Source: Eledone cirrhosa (lineage: Eukaryota). From it: a stretch of DNA of 64,000 bases. The notes under the pieces were generated by a model. It was not told the origin of the DNA and did not search any database. It worked only from the letters and a program-made list of their open reading frames with translations. Position 1 is the stretch's first letter, and the number at the start of each line of letters is the position of its first letter. Both the position numbers and the translations under genes were made by a program. Location of the stretch: positions 80,600,001-80,664,000 of the forward strand of contig OZ024744.1 of the NCBI GenBank assembly GCA_964016885.1. The letters are read 5' to 3'. Positions 13,061 through 64,000 of this stretch are shown piece by piece.

Positions 13061-13133
13061 TTTCATTCTGATGAGCAATTTCAGACGTCTCTGTTGAACT
13101 CACCTGTATTCGTGAAACCTTTGGTAAAAGGAA
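13061..13133 (+). ncRNA. Type I hammerhead ribozyme, family of 10748-10808, imperfect stems
   Basis: TTTCATT CTGATGA [39-nt irregular stem II] GAAA CC-TTT-GG TA AAAGGAA; the downstream flank taattgtcttatgttgtttattacataa is shared with the 10.8 kb element. Confidence 0.7.
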
Positions 13134-13341
13134 TAATTGTCTTATGTTGTTTATTACATAATTAAATAGCTCTGTAGCATACATAGAGCACTCTTCCTTC
13201 CTATGGAAATACTTCATATATATAAATAAATATAATCCGAGTTTTTCGAATATTAATAATAATATACGATTCATTTGCAATTATGCATATTTTAGAAAAT
13301 ATCATATTTTCACAAGCTCTGAGTTGACAGGTAAGCAGTAT

Positions 13342-13388
13342 ACTGCACTGATGAAGGGTAATCACCCAGAAACATTCGTGTCTGCAGT
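13342..13388 (+). ncRNA. Type I hammerhead ribozyme
   Basis: Stem I ACTGCA/TGCAGT; CTGATGA; stem II A-GGGT-AATC-ACCC-A (first pair A.A); GAAA; stem III CA-TTCG-TG; GUC triplet, predicted cut after 13382. Confidence 0.82.
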
Positions 13389-13692
13389 TCTGTTTACATG
13401 CCAACACAAGAGCAAGGATGATGGGATCATTCTACTGACATGGCTGTTTGTATAATTGCAAACGAATCGAATACTATTATTAATATTAAAAAAACTCAGA
13501 TTACATTTATTTTATTCAGCTCTGTAGAGCGATAAACTATTTGTTTGTTGTTATTATATATATATATATATATATGATGTTATATCTTTATAAATACTGC
13601 ACATACTCATTTGCATATACTTACATACACACGCCCCTCCCCACTGGCCAAAATTAACTTCAAGTGTGTTCAAATAGTTTGATAAACATTAA

Positions 13693-13894
13693 CCCTTTAG
13701 CATTTACATTACTCTATATTTACTATTGTATTTTCTCAGTAAAGGCTTTACCTCACATAATATCGAATCTACGAGATTTTGACGTTATTCATTTTGAGAA
13801 AATACCTTAAAATCAATATGAACGGCCAGTAATAGCCAGTACAGAAAGAGGTGAGAAATTCTGGCTGGATATTGCCGGTTTAAATGCTAAAGGG
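13693..13894. mobile_element. piggyBac-type MITE
   Basis: TTAA flanks on both sides; TIRs CCCTTTAGCATTTA / TAAATGCTAAAGGG. Confidence 0.8.
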
Positions 13895-14648
13895 TTAAAT
13901 GACACAAACGCACAGAGACTTGTCTTTCATGTGTTCCAAACATGTCATTACATATATCTAAAGAATAATTAAAGATGCTAGATTTGAAATCACAATGATA
14001 TGACTGTGGCCCCTATCATTAAAGGACCTAAGAAACTTCTTATGCTGTGGTATTTCTGCAGTGTGACTAAAATGGGTATTAGTAAAAATACAAGGAGTTT
14101 ATTCAATCAACTGGTTTCAGTAACAAATGTTTATATCTGTAATAAGTCTACTTCGGTTGACTCTGACAATGGGTTTGCACCTCCAAGGTGAGCTGTAATG
14201 ACATATTGTGTCTTGGGTATTATAAACCAGGTGGAACTGTAACTACTGATGGAGTCGTAGGAGAGCTGTAATGACATACAGTGTCTTGGTCACTTTAAAC
14301 CTAGCAAAACCTATCTCCTCTCCAGGACTAAACAGAGCTGATTTCTTCCGGAGTAGGATAGACAGAATGATAAAGAGAGGAAGTAAGAAAGAAATATAGA
14401 GGAAGAATCGACTCCAGTGGACTGGTATTTTTTTTTCTTTATCGATTTCAAAAACTGGATTTGAACTCAGAGCACCAAAAAAATGGAACAACTATCAAGG
14501 CATTTAATATGACCCTAATATGACCCTATAATGGCTGTCAATTCGTTGTCTTTTTAAAGTAGTAAATAGATTGGCAATAAAATCAATATGTCTATTTAAA
14601 AAATGTAAGTAAATTAAGAATTGCTTAAAAACAAGTGAAGCAACTAAC

Positions 14649-14763
14649 CATGGGTTTTCAATGAGAATTTGCTTTTGATTTCAGTTATGAGTCTGTCGTT
14701 TGCAAATTTCTCTTCATTGACTTTCGCCCAAAAAGAGTTTTCATCAATGTTCTTTTCGTTTAC
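14649..14763 (-). CDS. dia: Diaphanous-related formin, FH2 N-terminal (lasso) exon
   Basis: Not in the ORF track. Acceptor TTTGTTTATTTATAG, then VNEKNIDENSFWAKVNEEKFANDRLITEIKSKFSLKTH, then G|GTTAGT donor. Continues in frame from NWTK and matches the Dia pattern NWxK...FWxKVxExxF...F. 115 nt, phase 0/1. Confidence 0.9.
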
Positions 14764-14929
14764 CTATAAATAAACAAATATACAAATATATAAATAAACA
14801 AACACACACACATATATATATCAATTTTAATATAGAAATGGCTTCTATAGGACTAGAACTATTTCATTCTACTAATGAATTGAATACCATACTAACTATG
14901 GTTACCCCCGATTCAACCATGGACTCATA

Positions 14930-15483
14930 TATACAAATATATTTCTAAAATTATCTCAAGACATAATTCTAAAATATTAAATAATAACTCATATGCATCC
15001 AACCAGTTCCTAATATAATTAACCCTGGGCCACTTGCCAATAACACTGTAAATAATCTTAATCGTAAATGTAACTGCCCTATTAGAACTAATTGTCCTCT
15101 TAGTAATTTCTGTCTCGATAAAAACCTAGTATATGAATGTAAAGTGGTAACTAGTACCTATACCTACATTGGCTCTACTTTACCTCTTTTAAAGCAAGAT
15201 TCTATAATCATTCTTCTACATTTAAAAATCCACTTAAAAGGACCAGCACTGCACTCTCAGAGCTTATTTGGTCCTTAAAAGACAAAAGCATTAATTACGA
15301 AATTTCTTGGCGTAAAATCTACAACACATCTCCATACTCCAATGCTTCCATATCTAGTGTTTGTAATTTATATCTAGTTGAAAAATTTACCATTATCTCG
15401 AATTTCAACTTGATAATAAATAGAACAGATTTATTTGGTCTTTGCAATCATAAATCCTTCAAGACCTTTCACAAAGTATATAG
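14930..15483 (+). pseudogene. Penelope-like element C-terminus: Cys-rich linker and GIY-YIG endonuclease, frameshifted
   Basis: Manual translation: ISKIISRHNSKILN...KCNCPIRTNCPLSNFCLDKNLVYECKVVTSTYTYIGST, frameshift near 15181, then TSFKARFYNHSSTFK...TALSELIWSLKD...ISWRKI...VCNLYLVEK...CNHK. The VY/YIG pair, R...H, CxC...CPL...C and CNLxxxEK motifs resemble Naiad-type Penelope endonucleases. Confidence 0.85.
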
Positions 15484-17522
15484 TTAATGTCCTATAACTT
15501 TTTCCACGAATAACGGTTACTTTTTTACACATATTTTTTTACATATATATATTTTTTTTACATATATATATATTGTTTTTACACATATTTCATTATATTC
15601 TACAATGTATTAATTCAGTTTTCTCAGCATATTTGACCCTTTTTCGATAGCCTTAAGTTTTCGCTCAAACCTTTGTAGATTTTGTAAACAAATCATGACG
15701 TTGTTTTTCTACGTTTGTAAACCTTTCTAGCAATTTCCTTTATTTACTTGATATTAAATAATTAAATAGTATACCCCACATTTATAGATTTTTAATAGAA
15801 ATTTTTAATTTTGATAGATAGACTATTTTTATTTTATTTTATTTTATTTTATTTTATTTTATTTTATATGAAAATCTTTTTTTATACTTATTTTAATTTA
15901 ATTTTATTTTATTAATACATTTTTACACTTCTTAATCCAAGTTTTAGTATATAAAATAATATACCCAGTTTCTATATTTTAGACCTCTAATATTTGAATA
16001 CCATCTATAATATTCGCACATACACCTCATCAATTTACTTTTTAGCCGTTATTTACAGCTGTTTTCATTTTGACAGCGTTCATTTTGACAGTGATTAAAA
16101 GTCACTCTCTCTCTTTCCTTTTTTCCTCTCCTCACTTTCTTTTTCCTTCCCTTTTTTTCTATTTTCCTATCTTTTTCTTACTCTTATATTTTCTGTCATA
16201 TGTAGGCTTTGCACTTTCCTGTCGACAAGTGTTTTTAGGCCTCATATCATGTTACCTTATTTTATCTGATGAGAACACAAATTTTGTCCCAGGATGATGT
16301 TGTTTTCGATAAATATATGGAACTTCTTTAACCATCTATTAATTTCTTCTTTTATACAAATATATATGTATATATAAATTTTGTTGTGTCTACATATGAT
16401 CTTTTAAGTAGTTGGATTCAATTTAATTTGATCGGAATAGCCAAATATAAGTGATCCCAGACTGATGTGTAACACATACGATTAAACATGTGTAAGTGTT
16501 ATGCAATAAATGTTATTCCCACTCTTCTGGAATGTGATGTTTTGAATAATAATTTTGTAAATTTCTATATACATATATGTATATTAATAGATAAATACAT
16601 TTAAAAAAGACAAAAAGAGATTAAATTTCCAAAGCCAGTCAAGTTGGTAAAATTATCCACATAAATCTTATAAGATGGAAGTTGGTGAAAATTTGAAAAT
16701 GAATAAATAATTGAAACCATAAACTGGAACAATAATCAAGATTAATGGGCATAAATAAAAATGAGATGTTAGTTTAACTGCATGTTCTTTTTAAAAGTTG
16801 CGAAATTAAAGAATTGGCCAACACAAAAACAGAAATTTACATTTTCTAATAGAATGCATAGTCATGCATGTCCAATAAACTAGCGACAGTAAAGTTTAAT
16901 AGAAGATGTGACAGCTATATTAACTCTTTTGTTAGCATATGGAACAAACTACCTGCATGAGTTGTTAGCTGTCGGGACACTGCATCCTTCAAAATTTCCG
17001 TGCTTCCCGAAATTTGCCAACACTACACCTGATATTCCCCCTCCATATACATGCATGCACATGTGTGCGATTGTGTATGTCATGATTCATACACTGTTCA
17101 CTTTCCTGACTTTTGTATATTATTCTAAGCACTATACATGCACCTTTTATCAGTTGTAGTGCACCTGAGCACTGAACCCAATAATTTTCATTATTATTTC
17201 ATAATTATATTTTTAATGAAAGACACACTGCCTATAATTCACAAACATTTGTAAAGTAATAAAAATAATTTAAAGAGATTTCTTATTTCTTAATGTAACT
17301 AACTTTTTTGTTAAGCTAGTGTTTGGAATGTATCTGAAAGTTTCTTACATAGAATTACAATGCAAGGTTAACATTTATTTAATCATGAACGTTTTGAAAC
17401 AAATGGTTTTTCTCCATAGAAACAGGGGCAATTTCAAGCAGGTAGGTATCAAGACTGCACACACACACACACACACACAACAATGGTGTTCCAGTGTCAT
17501 TGTTGTCTATGGTTTTGATGTA

Positions 17523-17953
17523 CAGTAGAACTTCTCAGTACTAGTGCCCCATTGTATGAATAATTTGCTGTACCAGTCGAAGCTCACGCAATTTTTTGTC
17601 TTGTATTATGAGTGGAAATCCACAGTATGAGCGAGTTTCATACAAGCAACCACTAGTCAGCACTGAACTTGCACACACTCTCCTAAACGCTCAGTTCACA
17701 TGTTTATCTTGTGGCAGCATCCCTATTGTGTTTTCCCAGTCTTTTTCGTTTTAGTTTTGTGCATTTTTTTGCTATTATTTTATAATAACTACACCTTTTC
17801 TGTTTTAAAACCCATAAAAAAAATGATTTTGGGGGTTGTTAGGAGGAGCTTGAACGGATTATTTATATTTTAATTAATTTCAACAGGGAAAATTGATTTG
17901 TAAAACGAGCTCGGTCATTGAACGAATTAAACTCGTACTGCGAGGCATCACTA
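17523..17953. mobile_element. Old Tc1/pogo-type non-autonomous element
   Basis: TA-CAGTAGAACTTCTCAGTACTAGT at the left and ACTCGTACTGCGAGGCATCACTA-TA at the right form degenerate TIRs. Confidence 0.5.
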
Positions 17954-18187
17954 TATTATGTGTTTTAAGATTAAGCAACTGGTGTTCTTTACTTATTTCA
18001 TTGATGTTAAGAGCAAATAGTTTATACTTTTACAAATCAGAGCAGCTGCATTTATTTATGGAAAAGTAACAAGAACCAAACGATGATTGAGATAGCAACT
18101 AAATTCTATTCAGAGTTGGAAATATATTTTTCATCATCATTTTCATGTTGTTAATCAGCAATTTTTTCATAGTCTTTGGGGCTAGTT

Positions 18188-18540
18188 CTAGTATTTTATC
18201 TTATAAAAATAACAGAATGTATTCTCAATAGTTTAGGTGTTCTATAATAACTAAAGTTGGTACATTTTGGGGGTAGACCTAGTATTTTATCTCATAAAAA
18301 TAACAGGGTGTATTCTCAATAGTTTAGGTTTGTGTAATAACTAAAGCTGGCATATTTTTGAGGTAGATCTAGTATTTTATCTTATAAAAATAACAGGGTA
18401 TATTCTCAATAGTTTAGGTTTTCTATAATAACTAAAGCTGGCACATATTTGGGGTAGATCTAGTATTTTATTTGATAAAAATAACAGGGTATATTCTCAA
18501 TAATTTTGGTTTGTATCATAACTAAAGCTGGCACATTTTT
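18188..18540. repeat. Minisatellite, ~91-bp unit, ~4 copies
   Basis: ctagtattttat..ataaaaataacag..tattctcaatagtttagg..ataactaaagctgg recurs at ~18188, 18279, 18369 and 18460. Confidence 0.9.
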
Positions 18541-19369
18541 TGAATTATCAGATATTTTAGTAATTCTAAAAAAAAACAAAAACAAAAAAAAAAAACAACA
18601 AAACAAAACAAAAAAAAAGTTAGTTGTTTTTAATGTATGTAAACATCTAATATTAATATTACTATCTATTTAGCTACATTGGATAAATCTGTTTCACTTC
18701 ACTTACATGGCTAATGCCCCTGGAAAAGGCATGAATGTCAACTTCTCTTTTCCCCTCCTCTAAAATCTAAAGTCTGGTGCCAAGTCAAAAAGAAATCATT
18801 ATTTATATTTATGTGAGAAAGATCTTTTACAGGAGTTAAAACATTTCTGGTCAAATGTATATGTATGTATATATGCATATATATAGGGCCCGACCGTGGA
18901 GGAAATAATATCACACATCTGGCAGTCCCCTGTATCAACAAAAATAAACCTCTTCCAAATCTAAAGGTTTTTATAATATTTCATTGTTTTATAGGTTTAC
19001 CTTCTGAGACGCTGAAGCTGTCATAACTGATAGTCCTCAGCAAAACGTACATTATGGATTTTAATAAACCAAATCCAAATGAATATTTAGATTTGTATTG
19101 ATATGTATATATTATAAAGAGTTGGGACCCTGATGGATGAGCTCTTGCCATTTCAACAACTAATTCCAGACTAATTGTCAAAGGTCTTGGTGTGAATCAG
19201 GATGGATTCTGTTTGAAACTGATTAGACCATTACTTGACAGAGTACTCAAGAATCAAGACTCCACTGGAGCATGTTGCTATTCAGGTTAACAGTGAAGCA
19301 ACGTTAAGATAAGACTCGAGCCATCCAGGTGTTGATTTGTGAGTATGTGCTTCTAAAGTTAAAAAAAGG

Positions 19370-20450
19370 TAACAGTTTTACGAATACTGTACAAATGTGT
19401 GAAAAAAATGTATGGTAAAAATGTTTTGAATGTTTGTAAATGTCAATGATGGTTCAATAAATTTCGACATTTATAGGAAGTTTGAATGGTGTTTAAGCTT
19501 GGCCAGTGGATTCCACATGCATTGAATGAAAACAATCAAAGAGATTGTGTCACTATCTGCACTGCTCTTTCTTCTTGAACTGTCTTAGTAACTGGTGATG
19601 AAACAAGGATACTGGGCTTAATCAGGAAAACAACAAGTGTTTTTTAAACGTTTGTTGTGATATAACGAGTGTACTGTGAACAACTCGATCAATTTAATGA
19701 AAAATTCAAAGAAAAAAAAAGGGTACTCTTTAGTTAAGTGAAAGGGTGTTATTTTCCCTCATGACAATGCTGAACTAATAATTCAAGAATGACATATTTC
19801 AAGATTGAGGAACTTGGCTATGAAAAGGTTCCACATCTTCCATATTCTACCAATCTAGCTCCTTCAGATTATCATTTATTCTGACATTTGCTACATTTTA
19901 TTAAGGAAGAGTACAATTCCTTAAAGCAGTGGTCGCCAACCTTTCGGACCTCACGGACCACTAGTATGAATTTTTTTAAAACAATAAATACATTTGTAAA
20001 ATAATGATCAGAGAACTACTATTTTATTAAACTATACTGAAGCGTACATGTGTCATTGTCGATAGATGATACATGTGTTAGTTTTTTACTGAGGAGAAAC
20101 ATTTTTAGGGGTGTTATAAAATATATTTTAACTGAATATTATTTTTGTTTTATGACTAATAAAACATAAGAATTGCCAATAATGTCCAAATTTTTCTGCA
20201 GACCACCAAAATTTTATCACCGGTTGGCAACCACTGCCTTAGAGGCATTTGAAATGGACCTGTGCAACTTTTTCTCCTCAAAACCATCAGATTTCTATAG
20301 GAATGGTATAAGAAGTCTATTACAGCTTTGGAAGAATAATATTGATTTAGATGGTGAATACATATTTGATTAGATTAGTGTATAACTTGAGTTTTTTATC
20401 TCTTCAAAACCTATTACCAAAAACGACATTACCTGTGGGATGACCTAATA
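19370..20450 (+). mobile_element. Decayed mariner transposon, interrupted by a hAT MITE
   Basis: Fragments WIPHALNE (~19506), VTGDET (~19588), HDNA (~19760), PHLPYSTNLAPSDYHLF (~19831) and FFSSKPSDFYRNGIRSL..W...IDLDGEYIFD* (to 20373). TIR-like end ...GGGATGACCTAATA at 20450; many stops and frameshifts. Confidence 0.85.
19927..20236. mobile_element. hAT-type (Charlie-like) MITE
   Basis: TIRs CAGTGGTCGCCAACC / GGTTGGCAACCACTG; 8-bp TSD CCTTAAAG / CCTTAGAG. Confidence 0.85.
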
Positions 20451-20794
20451 TATACACACACACACAAGAATAGAAGAATCATAGAAACATATATATATTT
20501 ATACACATATATATGTGAAGAAAGAGTGCTCAATATATAACAGAGTTAATTAGAAAAATTGAAACGTCAGATTGATTTTCACCACGGTTTGTAATGAAAA
20601 TGGTCGCACAGAACCTAGATTATGAATTTACAATATCCAGGAAAATATTCATACAATTAACAAAAGAAGCATTCATCTATTCCTGAACACAAAAACTTTG
20701 TCAATAAAAGTAGCTTCCCTTGCTTTCATATGATTTACACACCCTTGGCACCACACTGATACAGAAGACCCACCTTCCCTACGTGCAAATTTAA

Positions 20795-21140
20795 CCTACA
20801 GTCAGTAAGCCCCTCCTAACCAAATATACACCCCAATCCACTACCCCTTCACCATCCTCCCACTCCCACCAACACCACCCTTTCTCTGTAAAGTTATGTT
20901 GGTATCACAACATCCAGTCCACACTAAAGAGGTTGTGTAGGTGTCACAACAAAAAAACACACAGTCGACGCTGTAATGTGGCCGTGTAAGAAACACGGTA
21001 AAAAGGCTTCCAGCCGTAGAAAACCTGCCAGATACAGTTCTACATGAGCGAGTCACGGTCACCCGACCAATCTTGCTTCAAATGGGACTATTCCCGTCTA
21101 ACCCATGCTAGCGTGGAAGATAGACGTTAATGATGATGAT
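20795..21140 (+). mobile_element. RTE LINE 3' UTR fragment (diverged)
   Basis: Shares aaagttatgttgg...gtgtaggtgtcac...gctgtaatgtggccgtgta...acccatgctagcgtggaag and a GAT tail with the other copies. Confidence 0.8.
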
Positions 21141-21179
21141 GTAGTGAAGACATGAAAATGTTTTTTTACAATTAAATAT

Positions 21180-21480
21180 GGAGGCACATGGCTTAGTGGT
21201 TAGAGCCTTGCAATCGAATGGTTGTGAGTTCGATTCTCAGACCTGGTGATGTGTTGTTTCCTTGAGCAAGACACTTTATTTCACATTGCTAGAGTTTACT
21301 CAGCTGTAGAAATGAAATGATAGGGACTGGGTTCCCTATCATTCCACTGCAAAGTGGTCGTGGAGGTGCCACGGCAAAAAAGTACCCAGCACTCACTGTA
21401 AATGAGGCAGAATCAGTTCCCGTCCCACCCTTGCAAGCAGGGAAAAGCGGACGTAAAATGAAATGATGATGAAAAATGAA
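21180..21480 (+). mobile_element. tRNA-derived SINE, same family as 771-1117
   Basis: ggaggcacaTGGCTTAGTGGttagagc...gaGTTCGATTCtc...cttgagcaagacacttt...cccaccttgcaagcagggaaaagcggacgtaaaatgaaatgatgat; internally deleted relative to the first copy. Confidence 0.85.
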
Positions 21481-22400
21481 ATAGATATGGTAATAAACAC
21501 ATGAGTATGTGATGCATTTTCCAGTGCTTTTTTTTTTTTTGACAACCTATCATATCTTGATGCATTTTTGACTAATAATATTTCAATCTGTTTGTGAATA
21601 TTTTTGCAAATATATGATTACATTGTTTTCCTACTTCAATTCTTTCAATAATTAGCAATGCGAAAGTCAGAGTTATGGTTTTAAAAGGTTCAACTTCTAA
21701 TAAAAATATACAATTTAGTATTTTGTTTGAAATCTACTACAATGTGAACTGGACAGTAAATGCGAAAAACGATAACAATGATGTTGCAGTGTTAGTTACC
21801 TTGCAGTTCTTTATAGGTCCTTAAATTTCAAGACAAAATCTCTTCATCAAAAGATTAATAGAAGAAACTATTTCGGAGCTGTATATTTTTTGTTGTTCTT
21901 AAGCTGACATTTAAAAAAAATATTTAAGTGTTTTTATTTTTATTTTAAGCCTTAGAAGACAACAGGGCCGATCTATTGGCCCCATAATACAAGCCTCATA
22001 CCAGCCAGTCATATTGCTTCTTGCACATCTGGGCTTTTCAATGGTGGCTTCCACGATAGTTTTGCTGTGTTCTGTGATTTATTTATCATGCACTTTATTT
22101 TTTATAATTTAAAAAAAAAAAAAAATAAGTGCATGTTCTCTGTAGGGCTTGTGAAAAGCGCTCCATCACCAAAATGCTAATGCCAGATGTGGTGAATGTA
22201 TCACATGGAATGTGAACTAAGCTATGTACTGATCTAAGCTACTGTAGTATCATTTTTTGAAATGGAATCAAGTGTGTTACTGTGTATGTCTATGTTAGCC
22301 ACTGGAGTGTTGATTTTGGGTTTCAGTTTGGTTATTATTATAGATTCAATATCTACACCCTCTTATAATTGTAGAAGTATATGGAAAGAGATACCAATTC

Positions 22401-22613
22401 TTAATCCTTTAGCATTTACATTACTCTATATTTACTATTATATTATCAAAGTAAAGGCTTTACCTCACATAATTATCTTACATAATATTGAATCTATGAG
22501 ATTTTGATATTTATTTTGACAAAAATATTTTAATGTTGGTATCAGTGGCTGGTTACAGCCGGTTTAAACAGAAAGGGGTGAGAGAATTCTGGCTGGATAT
22601 GGCCAGTTTAAAT
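22401..22613. mobile_element. Second, damaged copy of the piggyBac-type MITE next to the FH1 exon donor
   Basis: ttaatcctttagcatttacattactctatatttact...gtaaaggctttacctcacataa...ctggctggatat, matching 13689-13885. Confidence 0.7.
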
Positions 22614-22643
22614 ACATCAGAGAAAAAAAACAACCAAACATTA

Positions 22644-64000
<41,357 letters not shown>

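Noticed and set aside
20575-20646. Minus-strand hammerhead relic
   Set aside because: Stems are visible but both core segments are corrupted; treated only as a decayed family member.
21180-21245. tRNA gene
   Set aside because: A and B boxes belong to a SINE head; no complete cloverleaf.
21800-21878. Possible formin exon (CAG...AAG|GTAACT) on the minus strand
   Set aside because: In-frame TAA in the required phase and a poor polypyrimidine tract; the flanking exons already join in frame.

Overview
Eukaryotic, very AT-rich, repeat-dense genomic DNA. The repeat landscape suggests an octopus/cephalopod; this is inference, not a database result. The window lies inside a minus-strand diaphanous-type formin gene: an FH1 polyproline exon at 22650-23081, the first FH2 exon at 14649-14763, and a candidate 24-nt microexon at 12343-12366. 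From ~23189 to the window end, the intron upstream of the FH1 exon is a >40 kb array of a 22-bp satellite with higher-order structure and one RTE retroposon insertion. Positions 1-22600 hold (TA)n microsatellites, RTE LINE 3' ends, tRNA-derived SINEs, a mariner fossil, several MITEs and a decayed Penelope-like GIY-YIG endonuclease. The most striking signal is about a dozen type I hammerhead ribozyme motifs (several intact) from several sequence families. They sit in short, often fold-back elements that abut (TA)n tracts, and one family is physically linked to the Penelope-like endonuclease remnant. Most ORFs in the supplied track are low-complexity or satellite artefacts. All structures were read by eye; no folding or database search was run.
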